In this document: positions 1 through 9,377 of the stretch, piece by piece
Position numbering within the stretch: position 1 is the stretch's first letter
Layout of the letters: every line of letters starts with the position of its first letter
Assembly (NCBI GenBank): GCA_964447495.1
Contig: CAYUTF010000052.1
Span: forward strand, 2,056 to 20,411
Direction: 5' to 3'
DNA length: 18,356 nt
From: an uncultured archaeon
GTDB taxonomy: Archaea > Asgardarchaeota > Lokiarchaeia > Sigyniarchaeales > SOKP01
Position numbers and translations under genes: made by a program
The notes under the pieces: model-generated
Told to the model about the DNA's origin: nothing
Seen by the model: the letters and a program-made list of their open reading frames with translations, nothing else
Databases searched by the model: none

Positions 1-346
1 TTCCGCAAACTGAATTGAGACGAATTTTCCCACCATCATAAGGCAATTCTTCTAGACCCCATAATAAGATTGGCTTTTTTATCTTTTTATTCAATTCTAA
101 TATTAAGTGTCCCAATGCAAAGGTACCGCTAATGCAAATTAATGCGTCTATTTGTCTCGCTGCTAATTGCTTCGCGGCTTTTTGAGCATCAGAGATCTCG
201 ATAACTAAATCTTCAATGAATTCCCAATTAACGTTTTCAATTGTTTCGAGATCTTGTCTAATTTGAGTATAAATCTGTCTCGCAGCTTCAAAATCAAAAG
301 TTTTACGAGCAATACAGACTACTCCAATATCAATTTCTTGTTTCAA
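1..346 (-). CDS. L-fucose/L-arabinose isomerase-family protein, N-terminal part (runs off the window edge); probable sulfoquinovose isomerase (SftI/SqvD-like)
   Basis: Not in the ORF track; translated by hand from TTG at 346: MKQEIDIGVVCIARKTFDFEAARQIY...DALICISGTFALGHLILEL...KPILLWGLEELPYDGGKIRLNSVCG, open to the window edge. RBS GAGGTGA at 352-358 overlaps the upstream stop codon. The GTF...PILLW..E...RLNS.CG pattern fits fucose-isomerase-like proteins. The SQ specificity is inferred from gene context. Confidence 0.75.
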   Translation of the reverse strand, partial: MKQEIDIGVVCIARKTFDFEAARQIYTQIRQDLETIENVNWEFIEDLVIEISDAQKAAKQLAARQIDALICISGTFALGHLILELNKKIKKPILLWGLEELPYDGGKIRLNSVCG

Positions 347-356
347 ATTTATCACC

Positions 357-1238
357 TCATACCATTTTCTCTAAGACCTTAATTGTCGCGGAAAAATCTT
401 CATTAGCATATTCTTTAATCCCTATATTATATATTTCTAATACCCTTTCTGCCCCCACTAAATTTAGGCCTAATTTTTGAGCAAAATCAATGATTAAATT
501 CATATCCTTATGCATATTTCTAAAGGAGAACTTTGGGCTGAAATCTCTATTTTTAATACTTTCAGCTTTCACGTCTAAATAAAAATTCTGACCTCCTCCT
601 GCAGCGATTCCTGAAACTATTTTATCATAATCAATCCCAGCCGCTTTAGCCAAAAGAATCATTTCATTAACACCATTTTGAATTATTCCTACTAACATAT
701 TATGACACATTTTCATGGCAAGACCTTTACCATTTTCCCCATAATAAATAATTTCTTCATTCTTTCCCATACATTCCAATATCAGTTTGATTTTTTGAAA
801 AGCCTCAAAATTACCACCAACATAAATCCCAAGATTCCCAGAAATAGCTGCGGCTTGACTTTTTACTACAGGTATATCCATCATAATGCTTCCAGACGCT
901 TTAACCTTTTTTGCTAATTCAATGGATACTGAAGGAGAAATTGTACTCATATCGATATATATCGTCCCATTTTTCATAAATGGAAGAAGCCCATTCACAA
1001 CTTCTTTTACATTATCATTAGTGGGAACCATGCTGATGATTACATCACAGTTTTCAGCAATATTTTGCAAATTATTACATGACGTTGCCCCCTCACTTGC
1101 TAATTTATCAACTTGCGTTTTATTTACATCATATACATATACGGGCCACTTTCCTTTTTTCAAAATATTACGGCACATATAAAATCCCATGGTCCCAATC
1201 CCAATAAATCCTATGACATACATTTTTTCCGCCTTCAT
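357..1238 (-). CDS. Beta-hydroxyacid dehydrogenase family (3-hydroxyisobutyrate DH/tartronate semialdehyde reductase-like); probable NADH-dependent sulfolactaldehyde reductase
   Basis: GFIGIGTMG Rossmann motif, Asp37 (NAD preference), IDMSTI, catalytic Lys in AMKMCHN, and F.P.F....MHKD C-terminal motif. The substrate loop is DIPVVKS instead of the usual DAPVSGG. Start overlaps the transaldolase stop (ATGA). Confidence 0.85.
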   Translation of the reverse strand: MKAEKMYVIGFIGIGTMGFYMCRNILKKGKWPVYVYDVNKTQVDKLASEGATSCNNLQNIAENCDVIISMVPTNDNVKEVVNGLLPFMKNGTIYIDMSTISPSVSIELAKKVKASGSIMMDIPVVKSQAAAISGNLGIYVGGNFEAFQKIKLILECMGKNEEIIYYGENGKGLAMKMCHNMLVGIIQNGVNEMILLAKAAGIDYDKIVSGIAAGGGQNFYLDVKAESIKNRDFSPKFSFRNMHKDMNLIIDFAQKLGLNLVGAERVLEIYNIGIKEYANEDFSATIKVLEKMV

Positions 1239-1903
1239 AATGAACCTAATTCAGTATCATCCCAAGCATCTTGGAATATTTTTAATCCTTTATCTGTGAA
1301 AGGATGTTCAAAACTAGCCTTATATACTTCAAATCCTGCGGTAACGATATCTGCCCCCATCACAGCAGCTTCAACTATTTGTTTACCATTTCTCACAGCA
1401 GCAATTATTATCTCTGTTTCAAAATCATAATTACGATATATTGCGATAATATCTGATATTAATTGGCTACAATCAACTCCTGTTGCTTCCTGCCATCCAA
1501 TAAACGGCGAACAATAAGCAGCTCCAATTCTACCTACCTGTAATGCTTGAGAAGCAGTAAATACTAATGTAACATTTACCTTAATTCCTTCTTTCGTTAG
1601 CTTATTAGCGGCGATCAACCCTTGTTCATTACAAGGTACTTTAATGACGAAATTATGTGATATTTCCGCAATCTTTTTTGCATACTGTACCATATCTTCT
1701 GTGGTAGAGAGGTGAGGATTGATTTCAACTGAAATTGGAAACTCTATACCGTCAAATTCTTTAGCAAATTCTCTAATTACAGAAAAGAATGGTTTACCGG
1801 AGTTTTTGATATGTTTAGGATTGGAAGTAACACCATTAATTTTCCAATTGTTTAATGCATATTTGATTTCATCAATTTTTGCACTATCTAAAAAATACTT
1901 CAT
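1235..1903 (-). CDS. Small-type transaldolase (TalC/FSA family); probable 6-deoxy-6-sulfofructose transaldolase (SftT/SqvA-like)
   Basis: FLDSA, GVTSNP, SVE, Schiff-base Lys88 in VIKVP, NVTLVF and HPFTDKGL motifs. It has SPFIGW where canonical enzymes have SPFVGR, plus NPK-H and AAVRN. RBS GGAGGA at 1909-1914. Confidence 0.9.
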   Translation of the reverse strand: MKYFLDSAKIDEIKYALNNWKINGVTSNPKHIKNSGKPFFSVIREFAKEFDGIEFPISVEINPHLSTTEDMVQYAKKIAEISHNFVIKVPCNEQGLIAANKLTKEGIKVNVTLVFTASQALQVGRIGAAYCSPFIGWQEATGVDCSQLISDIIAIYRNYDFETEIIIAAVRNGKQIVEAAVMGADIVTAGFEVYKASFEHPFTDKGLKIFQDAWDDTELGSL

Positions 1904-2029
1904 CTTTATCCTCCAATTTTGCTATAATTAAATATCTCACGAAAGTAAAAAATACATAAGATATATGGTTTTCTTCTTTAATCAATTATGTTTTACTATG
2001 CTCGATTTTATAATTAAAATTGAAATATA

Positions 2030-2045
2030 TTTAATCATGATTAAA
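2030..2045. promoter_or_regulatory. Perfect 16-bp palindrome TTTAATCATGATTAAA; candidate operator in a divergent promoter region
   Basis: Self-reverse-complementary, in the 1904-2059 intergenic region between divergent operons. Function is inferred. Confidence 0.35.
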
Positions 2046-2059
2046 CACAATTTGTATAT

Positions 2060-2551
2060 ATGATATCATTTCATGACAGTATGATTGAATATAGAAGTCA
2101 GCTAAAGAAAGGAATAATTCAGAAAGCTTACCGAGGATTAATGGAATATTTTGGATCGTTGAGATCATATTTTCACAAGAAATATCCCGATTATACTGTA
2201 TCAGGGAGTATTTATTTTGGATATATGGATATGACCTATTTTGCAGTCAGCCCACCTTTATTGAAAAATCGAAAATTGAAGATTGCGATTGTATTTCTGC
2301 ATAAAGAATTCAGATTTGAAGCGTGGTTGGGAGGTTACAATAAAACGATTCAGAAACAATACTGGGATTTGGTTAGGAAAAGAGGTTGGCATAAATACCG
2401 TATTCCATCAAATTTGAAAGGGATTGATTCTATAGTGGAACATGTTTTAGTTGACAATTCGGATTTTCGGGATTTAGATGCATTAACTATGCAAATCGAG
2501 AGAGGAACAATGAATTTCATAAAGGATGTTGAGGATTTTTTATCTCAATAG
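2060..2551 (+). CDS. Conserved hypothetical soluble protein
   Basis: 163-aa ORF with normal composition and a distinctive YFGYMDMTYF motif; first of three co-oriented genes. Confidence 0.75.
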   Translation: MISFHDSMIEYRSQLKKGIIQKAYRGLMEYFGSLRSYFHKKYPDYTVSGSIYFGYMDMTYFAVSPPLLKNRKLKIAIVFLHKEFRFEAWLGGYNKTIQKQYWDLVRKRGWHKYRIPSNLKGIDSIVEHVLVDNSDFRDLDALTMQIERGTMNFIKDVEDFLSQ

Positions 2552-2580
2552 TAAAGTACTACAAGATAGGAGAATAAAAT

Positions 2581-3357
2581 ATGCGAATAATAGATAGTCA
2601 TGCTCATATTTTCGATTCTACTGGCTATGTAGAAAATCTCATTAAAGCAATGGATGAGAATAATATTGAAAAAACTTGTGTAAGTGGATTAGGAAAACAT
2701 TTTAAGTGTATAGATAACCTGGGAATAAAGAAAGTTTTCGATGAGTATCCCGATCATTTTATTGGAGCTTATTATATCCGACCTGGATATAGTAAAGTCA
2801 GTGAAATTCACGATGCATTTGCTCAAGGATTTAAGATGCTAAAAATTACGCTACCCCAAAAGCCATATGATGATCCCTCTTACTTTCCCTTATGGGAATC
2901 TGCGGAAGAACTTAAACTACCGATTCTCTTTCATACTGGCGTGGTTACACTCATAAAACCCGCGAAGGAGGAATATATCTCATCCTGGTACATGCATCCT
3001 ATGAGAATCGAACCCATCGCTAATTCATTCCCTAAACTTAATATGATCATTGCCCATCTAGGAGTGCATTGGAACAAGGACGCGGCAGAGGTTATTAGGA
3101 TGAAAAAAAATGTGTATGCAGATCTCTCTGGAGCCCCAGAAGGTTGGAGAGTGAGAGCTGACAACATAGGTATGGATCATTATTTATGGTGGAAAGGGGC
3201 TTTTAAAAAAATTGTATTTGGAACAGATGTTTTTTATAATCAAATTTCTCAAATTCTTAATGAAGATAAAGATAGACTTGATAAATTAAACATTGACGAA
3301 AGTACACAAAAACTAATATTTTCTGGGAATATTTTAAAAATATTAGGTGAGAACTAG
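2581..3357 (+). CDS. Amidohydrolase family protein (Amidohydro_2-type TIM barrel)
   Basis: IIDSHAH (HxH), LFHTG, IAHLG, YADLS and FGTD metal-binding motifs; GGAG RBS upstream. Confidence 0.9.
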   Translation: MRIIDSHAHIFDSTGYVENLIKAMDENNIEKTCVSGLGKHFKCIDNLGIKKVFDEYPDHFIGAYYIRPGYSKVSEIHDAFAQGFKMLKITLPQKPYDDPSYFPLWESAEELKLPILFHTGVVTLIKPAKEEYISSWYMHPMRIEPIANSFPKLNMIIAHLGVHWNKDAAEVIRMKKNVYADLSGAPEGWRVRADNIGMDHYLWWKGAFKKIVFGTDVFYNQISQILNEDKDRLDKLNIDESTQKLIFSGNILKILGEN

Positions 3358-4206
3358 TTGAAAAAAAGAAGTGATGAAGTGCGAGCATTATTGGAACTAA
3401 TACCCGAAGATATCATCAAAAAAGCGGGAAACCATCTTATTGTATGTGAAAACTTAGAGGAATTACATCATCATTTTGCTCAAAGCATTTTCAGTGAGAT
3501 TCAATTAAATAATAGTGCTCATAACCCTACTAAATTAATTCTTCCTATAGGTCCAGTGGGACAATACCCAATATTACAAAAATTGATTGAAAAAGAAAAC
3601 CTTTCATTAGCACACTGTTGGTTCTTCTTCATGGATGAATATTGCGATGAGGATGGGTTTGCACTTTCTACGATCCATCCTTTAAGTTTTAAAAGAATTG
3701 CTAAAACGCTATTTTTAATTCCTTTAAAGGATAATTTTGGATTAAATGATGAACAAATAATCTTTCCAGGCGAAACAAATATTTCGAACATCTCAAATAT
3801 GATTGAAGATATTGGAGGGATAGATACATGTTACGGAGGAATTGGAATTCATGGACATATAGCTTTTAATGAACCCGCGCTCAATATTGCAGAATCTGAG
3901 CCTAGAAGAGTCCATTTAAACGATTTTACTATAACTATCAACTCTATAAGAGCACAAGTAGGAGGAAATATAGAAAACTTTCCAAAAGAGGCTTTCACGA
4001 TTGGGATGAAGCAAATATTAGGTGCACGCAGAATACGATTATATTGTAGAAACGGTACACCTTATGATTGGGCAAACACTATCTTAAGAATCGCTTTATT
4101 TGGAAAACCGGGGGATGATTATCCGGTAACTTACATTCGAAATCATCCCGATTATGTAATTATCACTGATTCTGATACGTTAAAAACTCCAGAAGTACCC
4201 TTATAA
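3358..4206 (+). CDS. Glucosamine-6-phosphate deaminase/isomerase (NagB-like) family protein
   Basis: FFMDEY, GGIDTCYGGIGIHGHIAFNEP, P..AFTIGMKQILGARRI and YPVT motifs. The TTG start directly abuts the upstream TAG. Confidence 0.85.
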   Translation: MKKRSDEVRALLELIPEDIIKKAGNHLIVCENLEELHHHFAQSIFSEIQLNNSAHNPTKLILPIGPVGQYPILQKLIEKENLSLAHCWFFFMDEYCDEDGFALSTIHPLSFKRIAKTLFLIPLKDNFGLNDEQIIFPGETNISNISNMIEDIGGIDTCYGGIGIHGHIAFNEPALNIAESEPRRVHLNDFTITINSIRAQVGGNIENFPKEAFTIGMKQILGARRIRLYCRNGTPYDWANTILRIALFGKPGDDYPVTYIRNHPDYVIITDSDTLKTPEVPL

Positions 4207-4243
4207 ATTATTGTTAAAAAATAGGCCAAAATTATAACACAAA

Positions 4244-5062
4244 TTAATCCTCATTAGGATTTTCAATGATATAAATGAAATTTTCACCTTTTATAACCCA
4301 CGATTCTAAAAATTCATCATATTTTTTGGAATCCCATATTTTATCGATATTTTTAATTCCATCGGACAATGAATCTAATAAATCTCTACTAACGGGATAA
4401 TTCTCATGGGATGGATAAATTTCTAAGCTATCACTCTTGTTATATAGATTAATTAATTTTTCTATGCTCTTTAGAATAATATGGTGCTCATTTCTTTCTG
4501 GTAAATACATTGCCCCATAATGAGCTGTGTCACCAGTAAATAGCTCTCCCCTATCTGATAATAGTGAAATTGATCCCGGTGAATGCCCCGGTGTATGAAT
4601 TACCTTTAATGAAATATCTCCTAACTTAAAGATATAATCTTCCTTAATCGGATGAATAATTGAGGCAGGCTTTAATTTAAATTCTTTTTTTTCATATTGT
4701 TTTATTACATCGTTAGGGCAATCTGTAAGAAAAGAAAGATCGAATTCTTTTGCAATATAATTAGCTTCTATTTCATGGATATATATTTCTTTAAATTCTT
4801 CATTGGCACCTCTATGATCAAAATGAAAATGAGTGTTTACCACAATAAGCTCTTTACTATTAGTCAAATTTGAAATAATTGGGCTTAATGGAAAAAGTCC
4901 ACATCCAGTATCAATTAACAGAGCTTTTTGACTACCTAGAATTAAATAGAGGTTAACATATTTAGTATAAAATCGTAAATCGAGTTTATCTAAACGTTCT
5001 CGAATAATATAAAGATAATCTTTATGTCTTATTACTTCATACCAATCTTTATTATCTTTCAT
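4244..5062 (-). CDS. MBL-fold metallo-hydrolase
   Basis: LIDTG, THFHFDH (HxHxDH), HTPGHSPG, LFTGD and PSH motifs. Confidence 0.9.
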   Translation of the reverse strand: MKDNKDWYEVIRHKDYLYIIRERLDKLDLRFYTKYVNLYLILGSQKALLIDTGCGLFPLSPIISNLTNSKELIVVNTHFHFDHRGANEEFKEIYIHEIEANYIAKEFDLSFLTDCPNDVIKQYEKKEFKLKPASIIHPIKEDYIFKLGDISLKVIHTPGHSPGSISLLSDRGELFTGDTAHYGAMYLPERNEHHIILKSIEKLINLYNKSDSLEIYPSHENYPVSRDLLDSLSDGIKNIDKIWDSKKYDEFLESWVIKGENFIYIIENPNED

Positions 5063-5179
5063 AGGAATTCTATTAATTGTAATTAAGATAGTATTTTTTT
5101 ATAATCTTTTAAAATAATAAAAAATATGAGATTAATAATTTAATAAATTTCTAAATTATTATAAAGAGTCGAATAAAAC

Positions 5180-6628
5180 GTGTCAGAATCAAATTCTAAT
5201 GAGATTTTAGACGAAAGTCCCGAGGATATGGAATTTCTCCCTTATGAACCAAGGATGAAACCGTCCAAACCTGATTCTCTCTCAGTAAAGAGGACTATCT
5301 TCATATCTTTTGCATTTTTCATCGTGTTATTAGCATGGTCTTATTTTAATTTTAAGGTTCCACTGTTACTTAATGATATATTAATTGGAAATCCATTTCT
5401 TGATTTGATTAAGGGATTAGTTATGGCAATAGATAATGTCATAGCGGTGATATTGCAACCTTACTTTGGAGATCTAAGTGATAGAACAAAAAGCAGATTT
5501 GGGAGAAGAATGCCTTATATCATTATTGGGACAACAACTTCAGTAGTGTTTTTTGTTCTCATTCCATTTGTTCAATTTTTTGCCGGATTGGTTCTAGTAA
5601 TTTTTCTCTTTGATCTTGCAATGTCGATTTATCGCTCAGCATCTATTGCAATTCTTCCTGATTATACCTCTCAGAAAGTATATTCTAAAGGAAGTGCGAT
5701 ACAACAATTTATTGCAAATTTAGGTGGTTTGGTTGGTTTTATCATTCCTATAGTTGCTGGTGCGATACCTGGGTTATCTGGAGTATTATTTGATGCAATA
5801 GGATTCATTATAGGCGGGACTTTAATGTTAGTATTATTAGGGATTCATGTGTTAACTGTAAAAGAAACTCCCACAGGAGATAAATTTTTACAACTATCAG
5901 ATAAAAAAATTGAAATTGATGTTGATACTTACAAAGCTAAAGAATCCATAGAAACGATCGGAGAAATACGTAAGAAAGGTAAAATATTAATCTCCTATAG
6001 GCAATCCATTAAAATAGTTAGAAATCATAGAGATTTTGCATATTTCCTTGCAACCATATTCTTTATGTATTTAGCTTTTGCCTCAGTTGAGTCTTTCTTT
6101 TCAAGTTTTGCAGTTCAATACATTGGAATTCCAGAATCAGCGGCAGCAACATTGTTTATAGCATATTCAGGACCCATGATTTTATTTGCTTACTTTGTGG
6201 GACTATTAGGACAATGGAAAAAAGTTGGAAGGAGGAATGCAATTAAAATTTATCTTATATGGTTAATTATTTCAGTTGCTATCATGGCGTTCTTTATAGT
6301 TCCTATGATTTATAAAAATCATCAACCCATTTTAGTAATGATCATGTTAGCATTAACTTCAATACCATGGATGGGCTTTATTGTTATCAGTTTTTCGATT
6401 CTCTGGGCATTAGCTCCAGAGGGGAAAAAAGGAATTTATACAGGCATTTATTACACTTTTAACCAAGCGGCATATGCTTTAGCTCCTGTAATTTTTGGCG
6501 GAATTCTCACATCGCTTTCCTTCCTTTCAGACTATCGCTATATTGTGATGTTTCCTTTCATTTTAATCTGTATATTGATCGCATTTCTTCTCTTTCTTCC
6601 AATCAAAAGCGGAGAAGTAAAAGAATAA
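5180..6628 (+). CDS. MFS transporter (GPH/oligosaccharide-type)
   Basis: About 12 hydrophobic segments; QPYFGDLSDRTKSRFGRRMPYI motif; GTG start. Confidence 0.9.
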   Translation: MSESNSNEILDESPEDMEFLPYEPRMKPSKPDSLSVKRTIFISFAFFIVLLAWSYFNFKVPLLLNDILIGNPFLDLIKGLVMAIDNVIAVILQPYFGDLSDRTKSRFGRRMPYIIIGTTTSVVFFVLIPFVQFFAGLVLVIFLFDLAMSIYRSASIAILPDYTSQKVYSKGSAIQQFIANLGGLVGFIIPIVAGAIPGLSGVLFDAIGFIIGGTLMLVLLGIHVLTVKETPTGDKFLQLSDKKIEIDVDTYKAKESIETIGEIRKKGKILISYRQSIKIVRNHRDFAYFLATIFFMYLAFASVESFFSSFAVQYIGIPESAAATLFIAYSGPMILFAYFVGLLGQWKKVGRRNAIKIYLIWLIISVAIMAFFIVPMIYKNHQPILVMIMLALTSIPWMGFIVISFSILWALAPEGKKGIYTGIYYTFNQAAYALAPVIFGGILTSLSFLSDYRYIVMFPFILICILIAFLLFLPIKSGEVKE

Positions 6629-6698
6629 AATCTTTTTCCTTTTTCTCTTTTCTATTAAAAAATAAACAGCCAAACAGTTATTTAAAAAATAGTTGATT

Positions 6699-7847
6699 TT
6701 AAGGGACTTCAATTAATTTTGATCGTGTTAATACTTCAATCTTACCGTTTCTGACCATCACATCATTTTCAATTCGTATTCCACCAATTCCTTGCTTGTA
6801 AATTCCAGGTTCAATTGTAAATACCATCCCTTCTTCCACTAAAATTTCTTTCCAATACTTTAAAGCATATTCATCTTTAGGTTTACGGCTTATTATCGGT
6901 GAATCATGCTCACTTAACCCCAATCCGTGTCCAAGAGAATAGGGCATAGAATAACCTTCGTTTTTAAGGATCTGCTCTACATAATCATGAATTTTCCAGA
7001 GAGGGACTCCTATATCTACCATTTCTATGGCACCTTCATATGTTTGCAATACAATCTCCAAAATTTTCTCTTGTTCTTTCGTTAAATTACCGAATTTAAA
7101 AGGCACGGTTATATCGGAGTGATAACCTTGGTATTTTGCCCCAAAGTCGATTAATGCTAAACCGGGTAAGGCAAATTTTTGATTGGTAGCAAAAGGATAA
7201 CAATGCATTTCATGAGCACGAGAAGAATTCGCTACTAGCGAATCAAATGCGATATCTTCAGCCCCATATTCTGCTATTTTTTGCCGTACAAGGAAGGAAA
7301 GATCATTTTCAGTCCCATTAGAAGAATTGTAGGCAAAATTTTCAATATCCTTTATTGCCTTATTTCCAATTTCAGCTGCTTTCGTAAGTTGTTTTAATTC
7401 AAAATCAGATTTTGTTGCTCGTAATTCACCTAAAATTGTGTCTAATTTTCTTGGTTCCTTGAAAAATTTGACATTTGAGATTAAAGCCTTCATTTTTATT
7501 ACAAACCCATAAGGAAAATTCTTACAGATGCCAATTATTGTTTTAGAATCTCCAAATTTCTTCTTGATTATTTCTTTAAGAATTAAAATAACATTGTATT
7601 CATAATTGCTAATATCAAATATCTCATCAGCCTCTGCATACTTCTCCGCTATTGACAGATCCCAAGGGATTAAAAAAGACTCTCCATTGGATGTAATTAA
7701 AACCATCCCATCAGAAGGTTGCCCCGATAAATAACGCAAGTTTATACTTGGTGAGTCCTCATAATCAGCAACAAATAATGCTTGAATTTCATTTTGCTGT
7801 AAAAAATTCACTAAAATATCATATTTTTCTTTGGATATCGATCTCAT
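6699..7847 (-). CDS. Xaa-Pro peptidase (M24B, prolidase/aminopeptidase P family)
   Basis: DFGAKYQGYHSDIT, GHGLGL.EHD, TIEPGIY and RIEND metal-ligand motifs. Confidence 0.92.
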   Translation of the reverse strand: MRSISKEKYDILVNFLQQNEIQALFVADYEDSPSINLRYLSGQPSDGMVLITSNGESFLIPWDLSIAEKYAEADEIFDISNYEYNVILILKEIIKKKFGDSKTIIGICKNFPYGFVIKMKALISNVKFFKEPRKLDTILGELRATKSDFELKQLTKAAEIGNKAIKDIENFAYNSSNGTENDLSFLVRQKIAEYGAEDIAFDSLVANSSRAHEMHCYPFATNQKFALPGLALIDFGAKYQGYHSDITVPFKFGNLTKEQEKILEIVLQTYEGAIEMVDIGVPLWKIHDYVEQILKNEGYSMPYSLGHGLGLSEHDSPIISRKPKDEYALKYWKEILVEEGMVFTIEPGIYKQGIGGIRIENDVMVRNGKIEVLTRSKLIEVP

Positions 7848-7956
7848 ATTTCAGCTCTTAATATAATATGCTTTTATTTATCAATAAAAAAAAGAAAAAA
7901 GGATTTCATTTATAATTAATTGATTGAATTTTAATCGATTCTACTTTAATTGTAAT

Positions 7957-9351
7957 CTAACTAGAACTCGTTTTTACTTTCTCTTTCCTTTCTTCATGGA
8001 GGATTATTAATTTCTGCTGCATTTCATTAAAAGTTTTAAGATTAATAGGATAGAAATAGAAAGAGATAGAAGCAATAATTCCCCCTAATAATGGAACAAG
8101 TGAAACTAATATCCTTAATCCAATAACAGCTGATTCGGGTTGCAATGAAGGATCTTCAATTTCTTGGTCAAATCCAGTATATACTTGTACTAAGATAATA
8201 GTTATACCTGAAAGAACCATAGATAGTCGAGCGATTAAAGTTAGAATTCCATTATAAGTCGCTTCTCGTCGTTTCTTTGTTTTCAATTCGTCATAATCAA
8301 TTGAAGCACTAATGGCAGGCTCTGTCATTAGCATACCACAGATTCCAAAACCAGGAATAATGGTGACAATGAGTAGTATAGTTAAATTATCTACAAGAAA
8401 TATTGGCCAAATTGTCAAGCTATAGAATATAAGCGCATATAATAATCCTAACTTAGGTCCTTTTTTTGCATACATCCATCTCCATAGTGGAACAGATGCT
8501 ATGATTCCGATTGCTACTCCAGCAGCCGCAAAACCTTCCATTCCTTCAGAAACAAGAAGATAATATTTTGCATACAATGGTAGAACCATTATTGTTAAAC
8601 CAAATGTAAAGTCTATTAGCATATAAGTTAAAGTAATTATCAAGAAAGATTTATTAGATAAGGTTTCTTTGAAAGCAGAAATGAAAGACAATGGTTTGTC
8701 AATTTGATACTCTTTCTTCTCACGGCTACCACGAATTGATAAGAGCATTGTTATGGGTATAAATAATCCTATTATTAAACCCGTCAAATCCCAATTTATT
8801 GCTGCTGCTAAAAGGGGTGGTATTAGGATTCCAATAAATGAAGATATAAAAGCAATTAAATCTTTAATTGCGACAACATTTGCTCTTTCTTTTTCCGTCT
8901 CATACATTTCAGTATATAATGCTGACCAGCTTGTCATACATAATGTAAAACCTAGATCAAAAAGAAATAACATTATTAGACAATGAACAAAGATTAATCC
9001 TTGAGCTGAACTTGGATAGGGAACCCACCATAAAAATATGAAACCTATGGTCATTGGGATTGTGCCATATATTATATATGGTATTCTTCTTCCTTTCTTT
9101 AAATGAAACCTATCCATGAGAAATCCTATTAACGGATCATTCACAGCATTCCAAATTCCATAAATTATCCATACTAATCCGAATAAGAGAGGATCTAACA
9201 TTACAACGGTTTCATAAAATAACAAAACACTCGCTGAGATCATATTATATGGAAGCGCTGATGGGACTGCACCAAGAGAATATAAAAGATGACCTCGGGA
9301 AGAATGAACTTTATCTACTGGATCTTTATTTTTCTTTCTCACATTTATCAA
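7957..9351 (-). CDS. MFS transporter, glycoside-pentoside-hexuronide (MelB/UidB-like) family
   Basis: WNAVNDPLIGFLMDR, GRRIPYI, IDYDELKTKKRREATYNG and C-terminal YPI motifs; about 12 TM segments; TTG start. Confidence 0.9.
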   Translation of the reverse strand: MINVRKKNKDPVDKVHSSRGHLLYSLGAVPSALPYNMISASVLLFYETVVMLDPLLFGLVWIIYGIWNAVNDPLIGFLMDRFHLKKGRRIPYIIYGTIPMTIGFIFLWWVPYPSSAQGLIFVHCLIMLFLFDLGFTLCMTSWSALYTEMYETEKERANVVAIKDLIAFISSFIGILIPPLLAAAINWDLTGLIIGLFIPITMLLSIRGSREKKEYQIDKPLSFISAFKETLSNKSFLIITLTYMLIDFTFGLTIMVLPLYAKYYLLVSEGMEGFAAAGVAIGIIASVPLWRWMYAKKGPKLGLLYALIFYSLTIWPIFLVDNLTILLIVTIIPGFGICGMLMTEPAISASIDYDELKTKKRREATYNGILTLIARLSMVLSGITIILVQVYTGFDQEIEDPSLQPESAVIGLRILVSLVPLLGGIIASISFYFYPINLKTFNEMQQKLIILHEERKEKVKTSSS

Positions 9352-9377
9352 TTTTCATATTTTTTTTAATTGAAAAA

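Noticed and set aside
702-1931. Plus-strand ORFs 702-917, 886-1182, 1113-1430 and 1719-1931
   Set aside because: Antisense shadows of well-supported genes with no recognisable motifs.
2037-2063. 8-codon upstream ORF (MIKHNLYI) overlapping the 2060 start
   Set aside because: Too short, no RBS, and expected by chance.
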